A stretch of 37,586 nt of DNA, from contig JAKMXF010000069.1 of NCBI GenBank assembly GCA_024704765.1, positions 1 to 37,586 on the forward strand. The letters are read 5' to 3'. The notes below the pieces were generated by a model, which worked only from the letters and a program-made list of their open reading frames with translations, searched no databases and was not told the DNA's origin. This DNA comes from Oopsacas minuta. Taxonomy: Eukaryota > Animalia > Porifera. A program made the position numbers and the translations under genes. Below, piece by piece: positions 11,050 through 22,050 of the stretch (positions are counted from its first letter, which is position 1; the number at the start of each line of letters is the position of its first letter).

Positions 11050-13319
11050 TCTACTGAATAATGCAACATATTTTTTCGGAATTTCTTGAAACAATGACAG
11101 AAGAGTTAACTTTCTCAAAGTCCCGCCTCGGATGGCAAGAATCCTGAAAGAAAATAATAATTGTGTCTTGAAAACGACAAAATATTTCAAAGAACACTTT
11201 GAAATAGACTCTAATAATACCAAACTCTTGGAAACGTTGCTGTTAAGAATTCGGGACAGATTCAAGAAGGAGAAGAGCTCTTTAGATTGTTTAGAAGGAG
11301 AATAGTGGCATTCTAACATTTCCATGAAACCTGAGTTAAAGAAATATCGTGTTTCTGATTTTCTAGAATTGTCTTCTGATGATGGTGAAGTTCCCATTCA
11401 TTCAGCGAGTCATATGAAGCATCTTGATGAACTCTCTCTGCAACAACAGCGTACTCGATTGTCAAGTCTGCTAGAATGCATTAAGTCATTCTCAGTTATC
11501 GAGAATACTACAGAAATAAGCATTGCAACACTCTCATTACTTCGATTGGCAAATGAGGAGAATAATCGTCAGGTTACTATGGTAGCCAAAGAGATTATTG
11601 TCAGTGGAGGATTCTGTAACCTCAGTAACAAGCATGTTCCTGTTGATAAAGCCTTATTCCTGCTGGATTTACTTGAAGTGGGCAGACGAAAATACATTCA
11701 ACTACATCAAACACTTCTAGCAGACAATATACATTCCCATCTTACAGCAAGCTAGCTAATCTGAGAGATGTCATGATTCCGCGATCCTGTATAACTTTAT
11801 ATCCTAATCCAGCTAAACCAATAGGTATACACGCACCATATTGTCTTCAAGTTCAGAAAACCCTGGAAAGAATATTATCAATGGTAGATCGCCCCACAAG
11901 TGAAGAATTCGCACTCACATCTAAAATCGCAGATGGCTTAGATGGTTCTGGTTGTCACACTATCTAGAACCAGCAGACAACTAGTACTTTCACCAAAACT
12001 TCATTCTGTTTTGTTTCAGGCCCATTTCCATCCACACTGTAACAAACAGGATTGTTTGGCAGATTACATCCCCTAATTCACCCTTCTCTCAAAGACCTAT
12101 TTTTCTCTGCGCTGCGACAGAATGCGAAGAAAATATTCGTTCCCTCATGGGAACTATGATCAATCCCGATACAGCGATGTGCAAAATAGGATTCCTTTAG
12201 AAAATGGTGTTGTCAATGTCGATATTATCCGCTCAATGTTTGATGGGAAGATGGCAGACATTCTCTCTGGAGCTAGAGGAGCCAGTTGTCAGATGTGCAT
12301 TGCTATACATAAAGATTTGAAGGACCGGAATTAAGTTCTTGAAGGGTTCCCCATCAACAGAAATATCACAGATGCAATCGAGTTATTAAAGCACATTGAT
12401 GACATTGAGTCGTTCTTTGCTCTTTCGATTAATGAACGCTACAATTTAACTCATCAACCAATTTTGAGATTAATATACATCAGCATCTCCACTTCATTCA
12501 TACACAGGCGTATTTAGGTAAGTAATCTAGTACTCCATTAATCATCAGAATTTATCTTCACATAATTAAACCAATTATAGGTGGTTCAATTTGCTGGTAT
12601 ATCATCTCGCATCGAAAAGTTACCTGGTCCCCAACCTCACCAGTTATCAAGGAGTCAATGAAATTCCTTCAAACAATTATTCAGGGGAAGACAGGATTAA
12701 AGGTTGACCAGCCTAATTCTAGCGGTGGAACCACCTCAACAGGGAATGTTGCTAGAAGAACCTTTTCTGATGAAAATGAATACCTTGAATGCATTCTATC
12801 AAATGTAGCAATACAATTTCGCCCAATTTTATCAAAGATACATACTTAGCTTTCAGCCATTTTTCGGGTTTTCAATTCGAGTCACAAGGTTAACACTTTG
12901 GAATTGGAGAAATTGTGCAAGGATACCTACCTTGTCATCTAAGATTCTTTCCCCTGGGTTAGCATGACTCCAACCCTGCACATGCTCTTGGCCCATTCCG
13001 AGGAGTTAATACGTGAGTCGAATTCTAGTTATGGCTTAAAGGCATTTTCAGAAGAAGGCACAGAATCATGCAACAAATTAGTTAGAAAATATCGTAGAAA
13101 TTAGCTCATAAAGTTAGTTTTTATATCGATATTAGGGATATCTTCTTCAGATTAACCTCTCAAAGTGATCCAACCTTAGTAAACTATCGAAGAATTTCGA
13201 CTTGTGAACGATGTGATCAATCTGGACACACAACGAGTTCTAAATCCTGCAATGCAATGAACAATCGGAGAACTAGTACACAGACTTTATTCACGACTTT
13301 AACCTCCAATACAGATTAG
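11050..13319 (+). pseudogene. RAG1-like/Transib transposase pseudogene (NBD-like region, DDE core, ZnC2/ZnH2, CX2CX3GHX6C tail); true start uncertain, may lie near 10850
   Basis: KHLDELSLQQQRTRLSSL; GLDGSG (D at 11941); MFDGKM (D at 12242); CQMC; VDQPNSSGGTTSTGNVARRTF; PWVSMTPTLHMLLAH; FSEEGTESCNKLVRKYR (E at 13063); SDP; CERCDQSGHTTSSKSC. Confidence 0.9.
12518..12580 (+). other. 63-bp spliceosomal intron in the RAG1-like transposase
   Basis: AG|GTAAGT...TATAG|G; removal gives VFRWFNLLVYHL, matching the uninterrupted second copy; unspliced reading stops at once. Confidence 0.85.
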
Positions 13320-13848
13320 CTATCATGTACTTAAATATGAATATAATGTACATTTTGTAAATCAATAAGATAAATTCCATCATAAGTGTGACGTCATAAC
13401 TCTATAAATAGAAGCCCTACAGCAAAATTTTCAGTTCAAGGTGACCGCCAAATACGGATAACCCGTATGTAATTAATAGATTTCATGACGATAAAGTAGA
13501 GTAAAATGTATTTATTGAAGAAAATTTAAAATTCACATATATCAATGACGTCATAACTTGGAAATTTTAGGCCATATACTTGTTTTGACAAGATGTATTG
13601 GTTCCTTATATATAATAATCTATATGTAACAATACTTTTCATATGGTTATCTCACACCAAAATAGCTATTCTTTACTAACTGCCCTATTAAACTACTGTT
13701 ACGGGATAGACTGATTTTAGAAATTAGTTCTTTCTCTCAGGACACAAAATCTCAGTGACAGTCTTAATGCAGTCCATAACAAATTCTCCATCTGTGAAAC
13801 ACTTAAGATTTTTAGCAATAATTTCACTTACGGCGTAGCTAGCTCTTA

Positions 13849-15180
13849 CAGTCTGACACGAAATTATTTACAATTTTCTGATTGATTCTTAAGAACCCGT
13901 AATATTGCAAAAGCACGAAATTGCTATATCTCGATCACTTTACATGAACAATATAATGAATATTTTTGTTATTTCAAAATTTTGTGATTTTTATATCATT
14001 TCTTTGATTTTGTCGCGTCATCCAAGGTGATTACTGAGCATTTTATCCCTATTCTGTGGTGAACTAGAATTCTTCGAAATAAATGCAACAAGCCAAACCT
14101 CAAGAAGTTTTGGAGTTGTTAAAATTGAAAACAACTACTATAAAGTCAATTGCAAAGCGATGTGGAGTTTCTTTGAAGACTGTGTATAATGTCAAAGTTA
14201 CAGTGTCAGATTCCAAAAATTTGAAGCATCGAAAAGGAGCTGGTAGACCAATGAAATGTCCAAAATTATCAAGATATCTCTTGCAGCCAAGCTCCGAAAA
14301 AGTCCACGAGTATCTGTAAGAAAGATAGCAAGTGAATTCCAGGTCACTCAGGGTTTAGATATATCTAGAGAGTCGATACGGAGGACAATAAAGAGTATGA
14401 GACTTTCTAAGAAAGTTTCGATCAGAGGGCCAGGAATCACTCCCCAGAATGAGAGAGCACGTGTCGATTGGGCCAAGAAACACAGGAATATTCACTGGCA
14501 CCAGATAATTTTCACGGATGAATGTTCCATCTGGCTAAATCAGGGTAGAATTCGAATGTGGACAAGAGGTGAACGACCAACCCCCAAAATTCCACAGCCT
14601 AGTCCCAAAGTACACATTTGGGGAGGAATTTCTGCTCGAGGTGCCACCCCAGTGAAGGCATTCAAGCATAACTTTAATTCAGAACATTGTTGTAATGTTT
14701 CAAATGAAGTTCTGTTTCAGACTGCAGATACTATACCCTGATTGCTGGAAATTGCAAAAGGATGATTCGAGTATCCATACATCAAAGTTTTCATGTGCTT
14801 TCAAAGAGACACACCGTGTTAGACGCATAGACTGGCCTCCAAATAGCCTGGATCTCTACCATATTGAAAATTTACGGGGTGCACTGAAGCACAGAATAAT
14901 GGTCAACGCTTCAAAGACAATTGAGGAAGTGGTTAGTAAGATATATTCTCTGTGGGAAACGTTTGAACCTGATTTTCTTTCTAAGTTCACAAGTTCTATG
15001 AAAAAAGGTGTGATCTGGTAATTGCCTCTGGCGGGAAAAAGGATTAACTAATAGTAACATTATTGTTTTAGGTAATATCTATCACTTCTATACAAGAAAT
15101 GTATCGTCAATTTCTTTGGTAATCAATGCTAAATTGGATTATGGTTAATTTATAATTGTAAATAATTTTGTGGCAGACTG
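13849..15180 (+). mobile_element. Tc1 element with frameshifted transposase (14083-15047)
   Basis: TIR CAGTCTG(A/C)CAC(G/A)AAATTATTTACAATT; TA TSD at 13847-13848 and 15181-15182; GAGRP, IIFTDEC, KVHIWGGIS, LQKDDSSIH, WPPNSLDLYHIEN. Confidence 0.92.
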
Positions 15181-15526
15181 TACTACGCCTTCTTCATCTC
15201 TGTTATTTTTGTAGATATTGCTTGCTCTGCCTGGAAGGATATTTTGAAATTTCAACTTTTTCCTTTCGTAAATTATGCGTGAATCTATCATATTTATCAG
15301 CATGTTTAAGCATATGTTGTCGCTTAATGTTGTGTTCCTTGATTACTGCTACTGATTGACAACAAATAACACAAATGGGTCTGTCTTCTTGAAAATAAAT
15401 AAATATTCTTCAGTCCATTTATCATTGAATGAACGACATTCAAAAGTCAATTTTTCTTCGCTTAGCAGCCATATCAGTCATGTATTATGGGTATTCAGGA
15501 AATTGATTAAATATCCAAAATAACTA

Positions 15527-16811
15527 CAGGGGGACAATTAAGTTCTGTTAGATTGATTGTACAGTCGCTTATTACTATGTTTACAGTGCAACCCTAATCA
15601 CTAGTCAATTTTTGTTAACTTTACTTGAGTATAGTCGAGTTACAATAACATTTGATACTGTTTAGCATCCAGTGCATTTTTCTTACATCATGGTAGATGC
15701 AAGGTCCGAAATCATCACTCACTATTTGTCCGGTAATACGCCAACTGAAATTTTGAAGAAGCTGAAACATGAGAAAGTGAATAGAATGCTGGTGTATCGA
15801 ACCATAAAACGATACAAAGAGATTAGTGGCATAACTGACAGGCTCGTTCAGGCAGACCACCCACTGCAAGATCCATCCGACTCAGGAAGGCAGTGAGAAG
15901 TCGAGTTGCGCGAAATCCCAGACTCTCGATGCGAAAAATGGCCAAAGAATCAGAAATTAACCTTGAATCGCTCAGAAAACTTGTACATCAGGACTTGGAA
16001 CTTAAATTTCTCAAAAGAAAGACGGTACATCAACTGATACAATCAATTCGTCATAAAAGACTCGAAACATGCAAGGGGCTCCCCGGCGGCTCGTAACCCA
16101 AGATTTTGAAAAAATTCTATTTCCGATGAAAAGCTCTACACTGTAGAGGAAGCCACGAACCGTCAAAATGACAGGATTTTATTTACTACCGCTAAAGATC
16201 TCCCTGAAGAGGTTAAATTTGTTGATCGAGTCCAGAAACCTCAATCTGTTATGGTTTGGGGAGGAGTGACGGCCAATTCGAGGACAAATCTGATTTTATC
16301 CCGAAAGGAGTAAAAATAAACTCAGAAACGTACAGGAAGCCAATACTCGAGCCGGAAGTCAAAGATGCAGGTCGTCACCTATTCAAAAACCAGGAATAGA
16401 TATTCCAACAGGACTCAGCTCCAGCGCATGCCTCAAATGCTACTCAGTCCTGGCTCAGGGGCAAATTATCAAGTTTTTGTTAAAGACGGAATGGCCACCT
16501 TCCAGCCCGGACCTCAATCCGCTAGATTATTCTGTGTGGGGTAATTTATAGAAGAGGGCTTGTGCTAAACCCCATAAAAGTTTGGCGTCGCTACTGAACG
16601 CATTAACCAGAGAATGGAATAACATGCCACAAAAGACCTGCAAGCCGCAGTCCTAAAATGTAGGACACAAATACATTCCGTTATCAAGAATAAGGGTGGC
16701 TATATTGAATAATATTTTGTAGAATGATTCGGTACTATAAAACTAATATTCAAGAGAAATTTGAAAGATATCTCGTAAATTCGAATGTAACAGAACTTTA
16801 TTGTCACGTTG
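15527..16811 (+). mobile_element. maT (DD37D) element with decayed transposase (15690-16712)
   Basis: Imperfect TIRs sharing GACAAT(T/A)AAGTTCTGTTA, TA flanks; NRQNDRI, VQKPQSVMVWGG, FQQDSAPAH-37-SPDLNPLDY. Confidence 0.88.
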
Positions 16812-17435
16812 TAATATAGAAATTGTAAATATCAATTATGGGTCAATAAAATAAGGATGTGGGCGATTATAAATTCTATAAGTTTTTTCCTATGCGGGCC
16901 GGATGAAATGTCTTTTCGGGCCGGGGGTTCTACACACCTGTTCTAAACCCTATAGACAAAGATCTTAGCAAGTCGATGTTTGACAATGAACCCTTTTTGT
17001 TCCAGCAAAATAGTGCCGATGCTCATACAGTAAAAATCACTCAAACCTGACTTCACTCCGAAATTCCTGACTTTATTTCCAAACAGGAATGGCCCCCATC
17101 TAGTCCACACCTTAACCCTCTAGACTTCCAGTTTGGTTTATTTTACAAACAAAGGCTTGTTGGAAATCCCATAAAAATTAGGAGGCCCTGAAGTGATCAT
17201 TAATACGTGCTTGGAATGAAATCCCCAGAAAACCATGCGAATGGTTGTAGAGGCGGTTCCTTCACGACTTAGGGCTGTAATTAAGAAAGAAGGAGGAAAT
17301 ATTGGATAAGCTTAATATATTATTATTTTCCAAATAAATGTGTATGTTATTGTATTAAGATTTAAAGTCATTTCAGTGAGTTTTGCAAAATTATGACCTT
17401 TTATCTGTGGGACAGAACTTATGGGCCACTCTGTA

Positions 17436-18720
17436 TATCTAAATCACTACCGTCCCATTTCTCTACTAATTTAGAGTCACGAAACGTAAAAGGTCTATAA
17501 GCCTGCTTAATGTGCTTCTTCGCTTTCTCAGTTTTAGCTACAGCCAACTCGTGTAGCATCAATGTTTTTTTGAGGAGCTATAATTGCTTGTTTTTCCACC
17601 AAATGCATTTGATAGGTTTTTGCACGTGACTAGGGCATTCCTTACGTATAACAACACCCCATATTCACTATAAATATCAATTTCGACCAAGATATTCATA
17701 CTTTTGTCATCCCCATCTGCAACCACAGTTGGATATAGTAATTTTTGGTAAATAGACTTACAGAAAACAACAGGAGTTAATCTAGATTCTAAAGCCATGG
17801 AAGTATAATCCCCATATTCCATCGCTTGGCATGTTTTCCGTGTTCGACTAGCCACAGGCAATAATCCTCCCTAGACAACCTCTTGCTTTTTAGAGCTTCT
17901 TGTTTTTCGACACAATATCGACAACCGTTGCAAGCAACTTCAATGCTTAGTATTTCACCGGTTTCCATGGAAATGGCTGCAGCAAAACAGTACCTCGCAA
18001 ATCCACCACCACCTTTCACTGTCATTTTTTGATAGGCACAAACATACGAAACTGCAACACTCAGAAATTCATCCCTGTTTTGTGGTACATGTTTCTTAAC
18101 TTTTCAGCAGCACGGTTACAGCTGCGTACAACCATTTCCATTGATAATGTTTTTAGGTTGCATAAAATGCCCTATTAGCAAGGGTTGGGGATAAACCAAT
18201 GATTGAATTCAAATATCAATCCCACTTTTACCAATCCCATCTAGCCTACCACCCAATACTTATAATATATTGTGACCAAACATTATTTTATTATCTCCCT
18301 CAGTGGATTGGTATCTAGGGAGCGAATAAAATTCTGAATGTCGACACTGTTCGCGTATATAATAATGCTTGACAACCCATTCGTATAACAGGATTGGTAC
18401 AATCTTAAATTTCCTTTTATACAATATTTACACATGGAAACTTCAGCCAAACTGTTTTCAAGTATACTTATGTCAATAAGAACTTGACCATCGACATTTG
18501 ACAAATTTCTAGTTACTGGTTTTCCTTCAATCAGAAATATATCCATATCTTCATACGGAATACCACCGATACAACTACAACTAAGTTTACTTTCAGAAGT
18601 AGTGAGACAAACTTCAGAGATGGCTTCTAATTCACACAGCTCATTGTCAACATTATCATCCAACTTAAGGGACTTACCTCGTAGTTCCAACTCTTCAAAA
18701 TTAGAAGTCAAACATGATTG
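17436..18720 (-). pseudogene. Kolobok-type / Mutator-like (PF20700-like) DDE transposase remnant
   Basis: CKYC; VAVSYVCAYQK..GGGGFARYCFAAAISMETGEILSIEVACNGCRYC; VVADGDDKS; cut at TA 17434 by the maT right end. Confidence 0.65.
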
Positions 18721-18857
18721 GTCGAAAGGAGTAGGAGGTCGGATAGTTATCGGATTGAAATGATGAAAAATTTTTCTTACTTTTTCCTAACCATAAATAG
18801 ATACCTTTGGAGGAATGTAACCAAAATTTTGAATCTGTTGCAGTAAATTGTGCAATA

Positions 18858-19983
18858 CATGGTGGCCATTAAGTTCTGTCCCATTCTTTGATACAACATC
18901 ACATAAATACTAATTAGGTTACCACAAGTTTAATAAAATTAAATCACCCTCAGAAACATTGTACTTTATATTTTTATAGCTATATGCTGTTTATTCAATT
19001 TATCTTGTACAATATTCTTTAGATTGTGAAAGGGCTGCCATTGTTGAATTATTTTCTAAAGGAAAATCACAAGGCGAAATTTTAAAATTGCTGAATTTGA
19101 AAAATCAAGTAGAAAGCTCATAAATAGAACTATCCTACGTTATCAGATGACGAGCAGCATTCAGAATATGCCCCGAAGTGGTCTTCCTAAGTCAATCACT
19201 ACTCACAGGATGAAGAATTTAGTTATGGACCGAATAAGGAGGAATCCTCTACGATCCATGGGGAAAATGGCAACTGAGTTCCACATCCAAAGGATCGATG
19301 CAAAATTTAGTCAAGAATGAATTAGATTTCAGGTCGTATAAAAGGAAGACTTCATTTCCTTTCGGAGACTATTAAGCTGAAAAGGGTCTCGAGAAGCAAG
19401 GGTTTTCTTACTCGGCTCGAAATTGAAAATCTTGAGCGGTTCTGTTCTCTGATGAACAATTGTTCAGTATAGAGCAGGCTACTAACAAACAAAATGACAG
19501 AATATTAGCTCCAAACTCTTCAAGCATCCCTGAGGATGTTTTGTATGTAGCTAGGCACAAGAATCCCGATCTAATATGGTATGGGCCGGTATTTTGGCGA
19601 ATGGACGGACTCCACTAATATTTGTACCCGAGGGGTCAAGAGAAATGCTGCAACCTATCGGCAGTTGATCCTTGAACCAGTAATTAAACATTCGAGCAGA
19701 AATATATTTAGAAATCAACCATTTGTCTTTCAACAAGACGGTGCTCTGTCTCACACGCCAATATCACTCAAAAATGGTTACATGAGAACATTTCAGGATT
19801 ACTTTCAAAGGAGGAATGGCCTCCCTCAAGTCCAGATTTGAACCCAATGGATTTCTCGATCTGGGACATATTGGAAGCAAAGGCTTGTGCAACGTCTCAC
19901 AACAATTTCGACTCTCTGAAGAGATAATTGGTCAAAGAGTGGGAAAAGATTCCTCAGGAGGTCTTGCGAGCCGCAGTTGAGTC
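18858..19983 (+). mobile_element. maT (DD37D) element, 3' end cut off by a hAT-like end
   Basis: Left TIR ta|CATGGTGGCCATTAAGTTCTGTCCCAT; PRSG, FSDE, NKQNDRI, FQQDGALSH, SPDLNPMDF. Confidence 0.87.
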
Positions 19984-20165
19984 CAGGGTTGTATCAACTC
20001 ATTTTTAGTTGGCAAAATCAACTCATTTTATTGAATGAGTTGAATGAGTTGATAGTTCAATGAAATGAGTCAAAATGAATTGATTGAACCAATTCATTTC
20101 AGATAATGAGTTGGCTGAATCAACTCATTTTAGAAATGATTTGAAATGAATTCAACTCATTTTAT
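19984..20165. mobile_element. Single hAT-like terminus with an array of CAACTCATT/AATGAGTTG subterminal repeats
   Basis: Begins CAGGGTTGTATCAACTC exactly where the maT ORF stops; about 7 copies of the 9-mer in both orientations. Confidence 0.65.
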
Positions 20166-20299
20166 GCATATATTTTTCTTTCGGTTAATTATGTTAGTGA
20201 TCTCTGATACGGTAATAGTAGATCGTCTTATGAAGAAAACACTATAGTTGATTCCAACAATTCAATGTATATCAGACTGCATTTATAATCCTAATCTTA

Positions 20300-20810
20300 C
20301 ATAGTGTAACACAATTTGAAAGATTGCGTTATTGATCAACCATACTCAGGTAATTACTCACTACCTTGGCCCCAAATGAATAATTGTCTTCTTTGAGAAA
20401 AGAAGACGATTATTCTCCAATATATCTTCCTTTCAATTGTATACATGTATCAATAAATGCTGGCATTCCAGTAACAGAATTTTCCGAAATTCAATGGATT
20501 AATATCCCTTCAGCCACTTTTAAGATTTCTGCTAACTGATTGAGGTTGGTTGAGGGCTTCACTTCATTCAACTTCTCCTGCAAACTACTCCATAGATTTT
20601 CTATCGGTTTTAAATCCGGTGAATTCCCAGGCCATTCCCCTTTGGCCCAGAAAGCAGGCATGTTATTTTTGCACCTTTCTTGTGTGCGACTGGCAGTGTG
20701 TGCTGGTGCCTCGTCTTGCATAAACATGGCCCGAGACATGTTTTCTAGCAATTTCCTGGTCAGAATACTGCCTCCCGTTTTGATCGACCCACCGCAAGTC
20801 GATAAGATTT
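20300..20810 (-). mobile_element. 3' fragment of a second DD37E element
   Basis: FMQDEAPAH-37-NSPDLKPIENLW; tail GMPAFIDTCIQLKGRYIGE; end ta|CATAGTGTAACAC resembles the 903 TIR. Confidence 0.8.
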
Positions 20811-20879
20811 CTCCAATATCTCATCTCCATAAATTTATAATTATAGAGGCACCCTTCTTTCTGTCAGATTGAAGATGTC

Positions 20880-22017
20880 TATTGTGCTATTCATGTTGAA
20901 AGCTTTGGTCTATTTTTTTCAGAAGCTAGGAAGCAGAGGTCTGATAAACGTATGTCTCAAGACGGTTTCTTTGTGAGGTTTTCATCCGTTTCATCGTTGA
21001 GAAACTTCTCTCTGCTCCTGTTGATGATACAGGCAAGTTTCTCTTTAAATTATAACGTTTGATCAGATTGGAATAGAAAGCCGGATCCATAGTTACTATA
21101 CATGATCCAGAATTAGCAAACATGTGAAACTTTGCTAATTTTGAATTAAGTAACGTCTCATTAACGTCTAATATGTCACCATAATGAGCAATTAATTTGC
21201 TAAGTGTTTTCCTTTTAAGTACTTTTGTGAAGTGCTATTCAGGACATCTAGGCCTTTGAGCAGCTCCATACCAGTGTCAGGAAATCGTAATTCTAATTCA
21301 GCAAAGACTTTGTGGCAAGCCTTTGTTGAAAATGATTGTATATGGCTCAAGTAATCAACATATTCTGTTAAATTTCTTGTCATGTTAACTGGTGAGGCCA
21401 CATTTAGGGGTATACAACAATCAGTACTGATTTCTTCTGCTTGTTCCAACATTTCAGCAACAGATATTTCGTTTCCAAACTGACTAATCATTGTCTTACA
21501 GGCTCTAATATCGTTGGCAACGTGATGCCACTCAATTGATGCTCCCTGTAAATATTCACTCAGGCTGTGAATAGTTGCAAGGGCTTTCCTCAGAACGAAG
21601 GAATTAATTATGAACTCACCACATGCATTTTGTGGTAAAGACCGCCAGCAGTTAGTGCTGCGTTGTCGTCATCCCCTACCCTTTTCATAAGAAGTACAAA
21701 TAGCTATCAGACTACAAGCAAGGAAATTGAAAATGGTCAGGGAAAATTGAAAAGTGGTCAAACCTGTCCAAAGTTATACAAGCAAATGTAAAGGTGAAGG
21801 CAATTACCTACCCAGCGCTATATACATACGTGCATTATACTAATTTCACAACCGAGAGAAGTTGAGTAGCAATAAATAATTGTAAAAACATTATAAATCA
21901 AAGACATGATTGAAATATTGTATGAAAAATAATAATCAGAATGAATTCGAAAGACTAGGAGGCCAAAAGTTTGATGGGGGGATATATCCCCCCTATCTCC
22001 CCCTGGATCCGCCACTA
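20880..22017 (-). mobile_element. Internally deleted hAT element (ZMYM1-like) with C-terminal transposase remnant and one terminus
   Basis: hAT dimerisation motif LPVSSTGAERSFSTMKRMKT..RNRL; ELELRF; end TAGTGGCGGATCCAGGGGG on minus from 22017; 18-bp palindrome GGGGGGATATATCCCCCC at 21976-21993. Confidence 0.75.
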
Positions 22018-22050
22018 CCGACATCCTACTAGATGTTTCAACACTACATA

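Larger units (their letters stand above)
10423..13700 (+). mobile_element. Transib/RAG1-like transposon, both ends present, with RSS-like asymmetric termini
   Basis: 5' end CACAGTGGTTTA at 10423; 3' end AACAGTAGTTTA on minus from 13700; 5-bp TSD ACGGG at 10418-10422 and 13701-13705; removal restores the hAT reading ISLSRITIPRR. Confidence 0.93.
9085..15472 (-). pseudogene. GTF2IRD2/EPM2AIP1-like hAT transposase in three pieces (15472-15183, 13848-13701, 10417-9085)
   Basis: MAAKRRKID..W..PICVIC..HNIKRQH; VRASYAVSEIIAK..FTDGEFV..ISLSR|ITIPRR; LHESTD; TTDGAPCMLG; HCIIHQ; YYSEVRWLSRG. The reading joins across the insertion points. Confidence 0.9.
8874..16940 (-). mobile_element. hAT element of the Buster/Charlie (GTF2IRD2-like) type, hosting three later insertions
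   Basis: TIRs CAGGCTTGTACAACC (8874) and CAGGTGTGTAGAACC (from 16940 on minus), 12/15 match; 8-bp TSD TTCTAAAG/TTCTAAAC with central TA; GGCCCG subterminal motifs near 16890-16925. Confidence 0.9.
7346..17433 (+). mobile_element. 3' half of a maT (DD37D) element split by a Tc1 and a large hAT insertion (own sequence at 7346-7361, 8743-8873, 16941-17433)
   Basis: The pieces join into PEEYIYVK..VQNH..VMIWG..GVKINAQTYQNIVL..FQQNSADAH..WPPSSPHLNPLDF; right TIR complement CAGAGTGGCCCATAAGTTCTGTCCCA ends 17433, then TA. Confidence 0.85.

Noticed and set aside
11038-11397. ORF-track entries antisense to transposases (also 7853-8077, 10134-10337, 20540-20872, 30066-30395, 34175-34453, 36453-36647)
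   Set aside because: Shadows of recognised coding sequence on the other strand, with no motifs of their own
12700-12770. Assigning the residue equivalent to RAG1 R848 (transposition-suppressing change)
   Set aside because: The loop is longer than in RAG1, so the alignment is ambiguous by eye; needs structural alignment
13320-13693. Possible RAG2-like gene facing the RAG1-like gene, as in ProtoRAG
   Set aside because: Only ~380 bp here and ~470 bp in copy 2, AT-rich, with no ORF or kelch-like pattern
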